Part shown: one piece after another, positions 14,008-15,862 of the stretch
How positions within the stretch are numbered: position 1 is the first letter of the stretch
Layout: the number at the start of each line of letters is the position of its first letter
Virus genome (UHGV): UHGV-0076425
Strand: one strand, 5' to 3'
Source: a virus
Length of the DNA stretch: 15,862 bases
Program-made: the position numbers and the translations under genes
The notes under the pieces: model-generated
What the model was told of the DNA's origin: nothing
What the model saw: the letters and a program-made list of their open reading frames with translations, nothing else
Databases searched by the model: none

Positions 14008-15003
14008 GTGACCGTGAGAGCACTACTGACCCCTGAAATCGCCCCGCGTATGGGGATCGTATTGTTCAGGCCAGGTTCAGAGCTGATGCCCCTGTTTATG
14101 CAGGGGCGTGTCCTGCTGGAGCCTGAGCCGGAACGTTATTCATCTTTTGCCAGTGGTGCCGTTCCGGCATCATCACAACCGCTGGCGGATGATCCTGCCG
14201 TTCGGGCCGTGTTCCGCCATGAGGCGGTGATCCGTCGTGCTGGTGGCGTGGAATGCCTTGAGAGCTGGTTACTTCGTGAAAAGGGCTGTCAGTGGCCTCA
14301 TTCCGACTGGCACAGCGAGAACATGACCACAATGCGGCACGCGCCAGGCGCAATCCGTCTGTGCTGGCACTGTGACAATCTTCTCCGTGACCAGTTCACG
14401 GAACGGCTGGAAGCAATGGCAACGGATAACTGTGCCCGCTGGGTGTTGTCTGTTGTGCGCCGTGATCTTGGTTTTGATGACAGTCACGTTGTGACAATGC
14501 CGGAACTGTGCTGGTGGCTGGTTCGTAATGACCTGGCGGATGCTTTACCGGAAAGTGCAGCCCGTAAGGCCCTGAGATTACCGAAGCCTGTTTTGCCGTC
14601 TGTCACCCGGGAGAGTGACCTTGTACCTTCGGTTACTGCCACCAGTATTATCCGGGATAAAGCGAAAAAGGTGCTGGCGCTGAAAGTGGATCCGGAGTCG
14701 CCGGAGTCTTTTATGTTACGCCCCAAACGTCGTCGCTGGGTTAATGAAAAGTACACTCGCTGGGTTAAGACGCAGCCGTGTGCATGTTGTGGAAAGCCAG
14801 CTGATGATCCGCATCATCTGATTGGTCACGGCCAGGGTGGTATGGGGACAAAAGCGCATGATCTCTTTGTGTTGCCTTTGTGCAGAAAACACCATGACGA
14901 ACTGCATGTGGATACCGTGGCATTTGAAGAGAAGTATGGTTCCCAACTGGAGCTGATATTTCGTTTTATCGATCGCGCACTGGCGATTGGTGTGCTGTCC
15001 TGA
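14008..15003 (+). CDS. DUF968-family prophage protein with C-terminal HNH-like Cys/His motif
   Basis: 331 aa; C terminus CACCGKP...DPHHLIGHGQGGMGTKAHD...PLCRKHHDELH resembles an HNH-type zinc-binding nuclease motif; GTG start. Confidence 0.65.
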   Translation: MTVRALLTPEIAPRMGIVLFRPGSELMPLFMQGRVLLEPEPERYSSFASGAVPASSQPLADDPAVRAVFRHEAVIRRAGGVECLESWLLREKGCQWPHSDWHSENMTTMRHAPGAIRLCWHCDNLLRDQFTERLEAMATDNCARWVLSVVRRDLGFDDSHVVTMPELCWWLVRNDLADALPESAARKALRLPKPVLPSVTRESDLVPSVTATSIIRDKAKKVLALKVDPESPESFMLRPKRRRWVNEKYTRWVKTQPCACCGKPADDPHHLIGHGQGGMGTKAHDLFVLPLCRKHHDELHVDTVAFEEKYGSQLELIFRFIDRALAIGVLS

Positions 15004-15020
15004 TTTTGTGGAGAAAGTTG

Positions 15021-15413
15021 ATGCGTGATATTCAGATGGTTCTTGAACGCTGGGGGGCATGGGCGGCAAGTGGTAACACCGGGGTGGACTATTCTCCGAT
15101 AGCTGCTGGATTTAAAGGCCTTTTACCATCCACCGCTAAACCTCGCCCGGCCTGCAGCGATGATGACGGCCTTATCATCGAAAACTGCCTTACGCGCCTG
15201 AAGAAGAAAAAACCGGACGAGTATTCGCTGCTGGTAGCTCATTATCTGCTGCGCATATCAAAAAGGCAGATTGCCAGAACAAGAAAGAAGAGCGAAAAGG
15301 CAATACGAATTGAGATGCAGATTGCTGAAGGATTTATTGACGGATGTCTGTCGATGCTGGGTGTAAGGCTGGAGATGGACGACTGGCTGCCCAAAAAAGT
15401 AAAAAATGATTAG
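15021..15413 (+). CDS. Q: Late-gene antitermination protein Q (QuuD-type)
   Basis: Track start is a TTG at 15006; the ATG at 15021 has a GGAGAAAG Shine-Dalgarno. N terminus MRDIQMVLERWGAWAA matches the short Q-type antiterminators of E. coli prophages as recalled; followed by an intrinsic terminator. Confidence 0.8.
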   Translation: MRDIQMVLERWGAWAASGNTGVDYSPIAAGFKGLLPSTAKPRPACSDDDGLIIENCLTRLKKKKPDEYSLLVAHYLLRISKRQIARTRKKSEKAIRIEMQIAEGFIDGCLSMLGVRLEMDDWLPKKVKND

Positions 15414-15473
15414 CGCGGTCCGCAAAAAGTATGTCAGTATGTTAAGAGTGGTTACTACGCCACACAACTTAAA

Positions 15474-15495
15474 CCCGCCGCCTGGCGGGTTTTTT
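15474..15495 (+). terminator. Intrinsic terminator downstream of Q (candidate tR' or operon terminator)
   Basis: CCCGCC-GCCT-GGCGGG stem-loop followed by T6. Confidence 0.8.
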
Positions 15496-15614
15496 ATGAC
15501 TGAAATCGCATCAGTACAGTAAACGTGCTGGTGGTGAATACCTGTCTTTCAGCTTGCTGGCTTTTTAGACAAGAGTTATTGGTATGTCACGTTAACCGGA
15601 AAAGGGAAAAAGAC

Positions 15615-15812
15615 ATGCTAAAACAGCAGGATATGACAGAAACCGCCAGAGTGGTGTTTAATGAATTAAGCGTTACCGAACCGGCGACAGTCGGGGAGAT
15701 AGCGCAGAATACTTACCTTTCACGCGAACGCTGCCAGTTAATACTGACCCAGCTGGTTATGGCGGGTCTGGCAGACTATCAGTTCGGTTGTTACAGACGC
15801 CTTCCGCAGTGA
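15615..15812 (+). CDS. Hypothetical small protein (65 aa), possible winged-helix fold
   Basis: Track ORF 15525..15812; the ATG at 15615 is preceded by AAGGGAAAAAG; the stop codon is embedded in a downstream terminator stem. Confidence 0.5.
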   Translation: MLKQQDMTETARVVFNELSVTEPATVGEIAQNTYLSRERCQLILTQLVMAGLADYQFGCYRRLPQ

Positions 15813-15821
15813 AGGCTTTTT
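15798..15821 (+). terminator. Intrinsic terminator
   Basis: GCCTTC-CGCAGT-GAAGGC followed by TTTTTTATTT. Confidence 0.7.
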
Positions 15822-15862
15822 TATTTGTGGTAAATGGGCGGCTGGTGGGTGTGGTGGTTGTT

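Larger units (their letters stand above)
1..15862. mobile_element. Lambdoid prophage segment (integration module, early-left accessory operon, immunity region, replication/nin-like region, Q antiterminator)
   Basis: Gene order and strand switch typical of lambdoid phages: int-xis and accessory genes on minus strand, S24 repressor on minus, cro-like/cII-like/replication/RusA/Q on plus strand. The att sites are not visible in the window. Confidence 0.85.

Noticed and set aside
14096-15467. Minus-strand track ORFs 14096..14353, 14269..14487, 14484..14756, 14716..15069, 15258..15467
   Set aside because: Antisense to the DUF968 and Q genes; no signals or motifs.
1-15862. Canonical LexA SOS boxes (CTGT-N8-ACAG), CRISPR arrays, tRNA or rRNA genes, IS elements
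   Set aside because: A visual scan found no CTGT-N8-ACAG match, no regularly spaced direct repeats, no tRNA-like cloverleaf candidate and no transposase-like ORF. A manual scan can miss degenerate sites, so this is not conclusive.

Overview
This window reads as a contiguous piece of a lambdoid temperate prophage of an enterobacterial host, running from the integration module to the late-gene antiterminator. Left to right: a tyrosine integrase and excisionase (minus strand); a leftward early accessory operon of about 11 genes including an RdgC-like protein, an HD-domain hydrolase, a PD-(D/E)xK-like nuclease candidate and several small unknowns; an immunity region with an S24-peptidase CI-like repressor flanked by TGTAC-N7-GTACA operators and divergent promoters; then rightward genes for a Cro-like (YdaS-type) and CII-like (YdaT-type) protein, a Rha-domain protein, a putative replication initiator, a PerC-like regulator, a phage Dam methyltransferase, a LexA DNA-binding-domain-only protein, RusA, a KilA-N protein, a DUF968/HNH protein and a QuuD-type Q antiterminator followed by intrinsic terminators. 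No rRNA, tRNA or CRISPR array was recognised. The observations I would look at first are the truncated LexA homolog, the roughly 420-nt structured leader (with no N-like gene) between the leftward promoter and the first early gene, and the ambiguous 600 bp upstream of the Rha domain. All family assignments come from motif recognition by eye and were not confirmed by any search.
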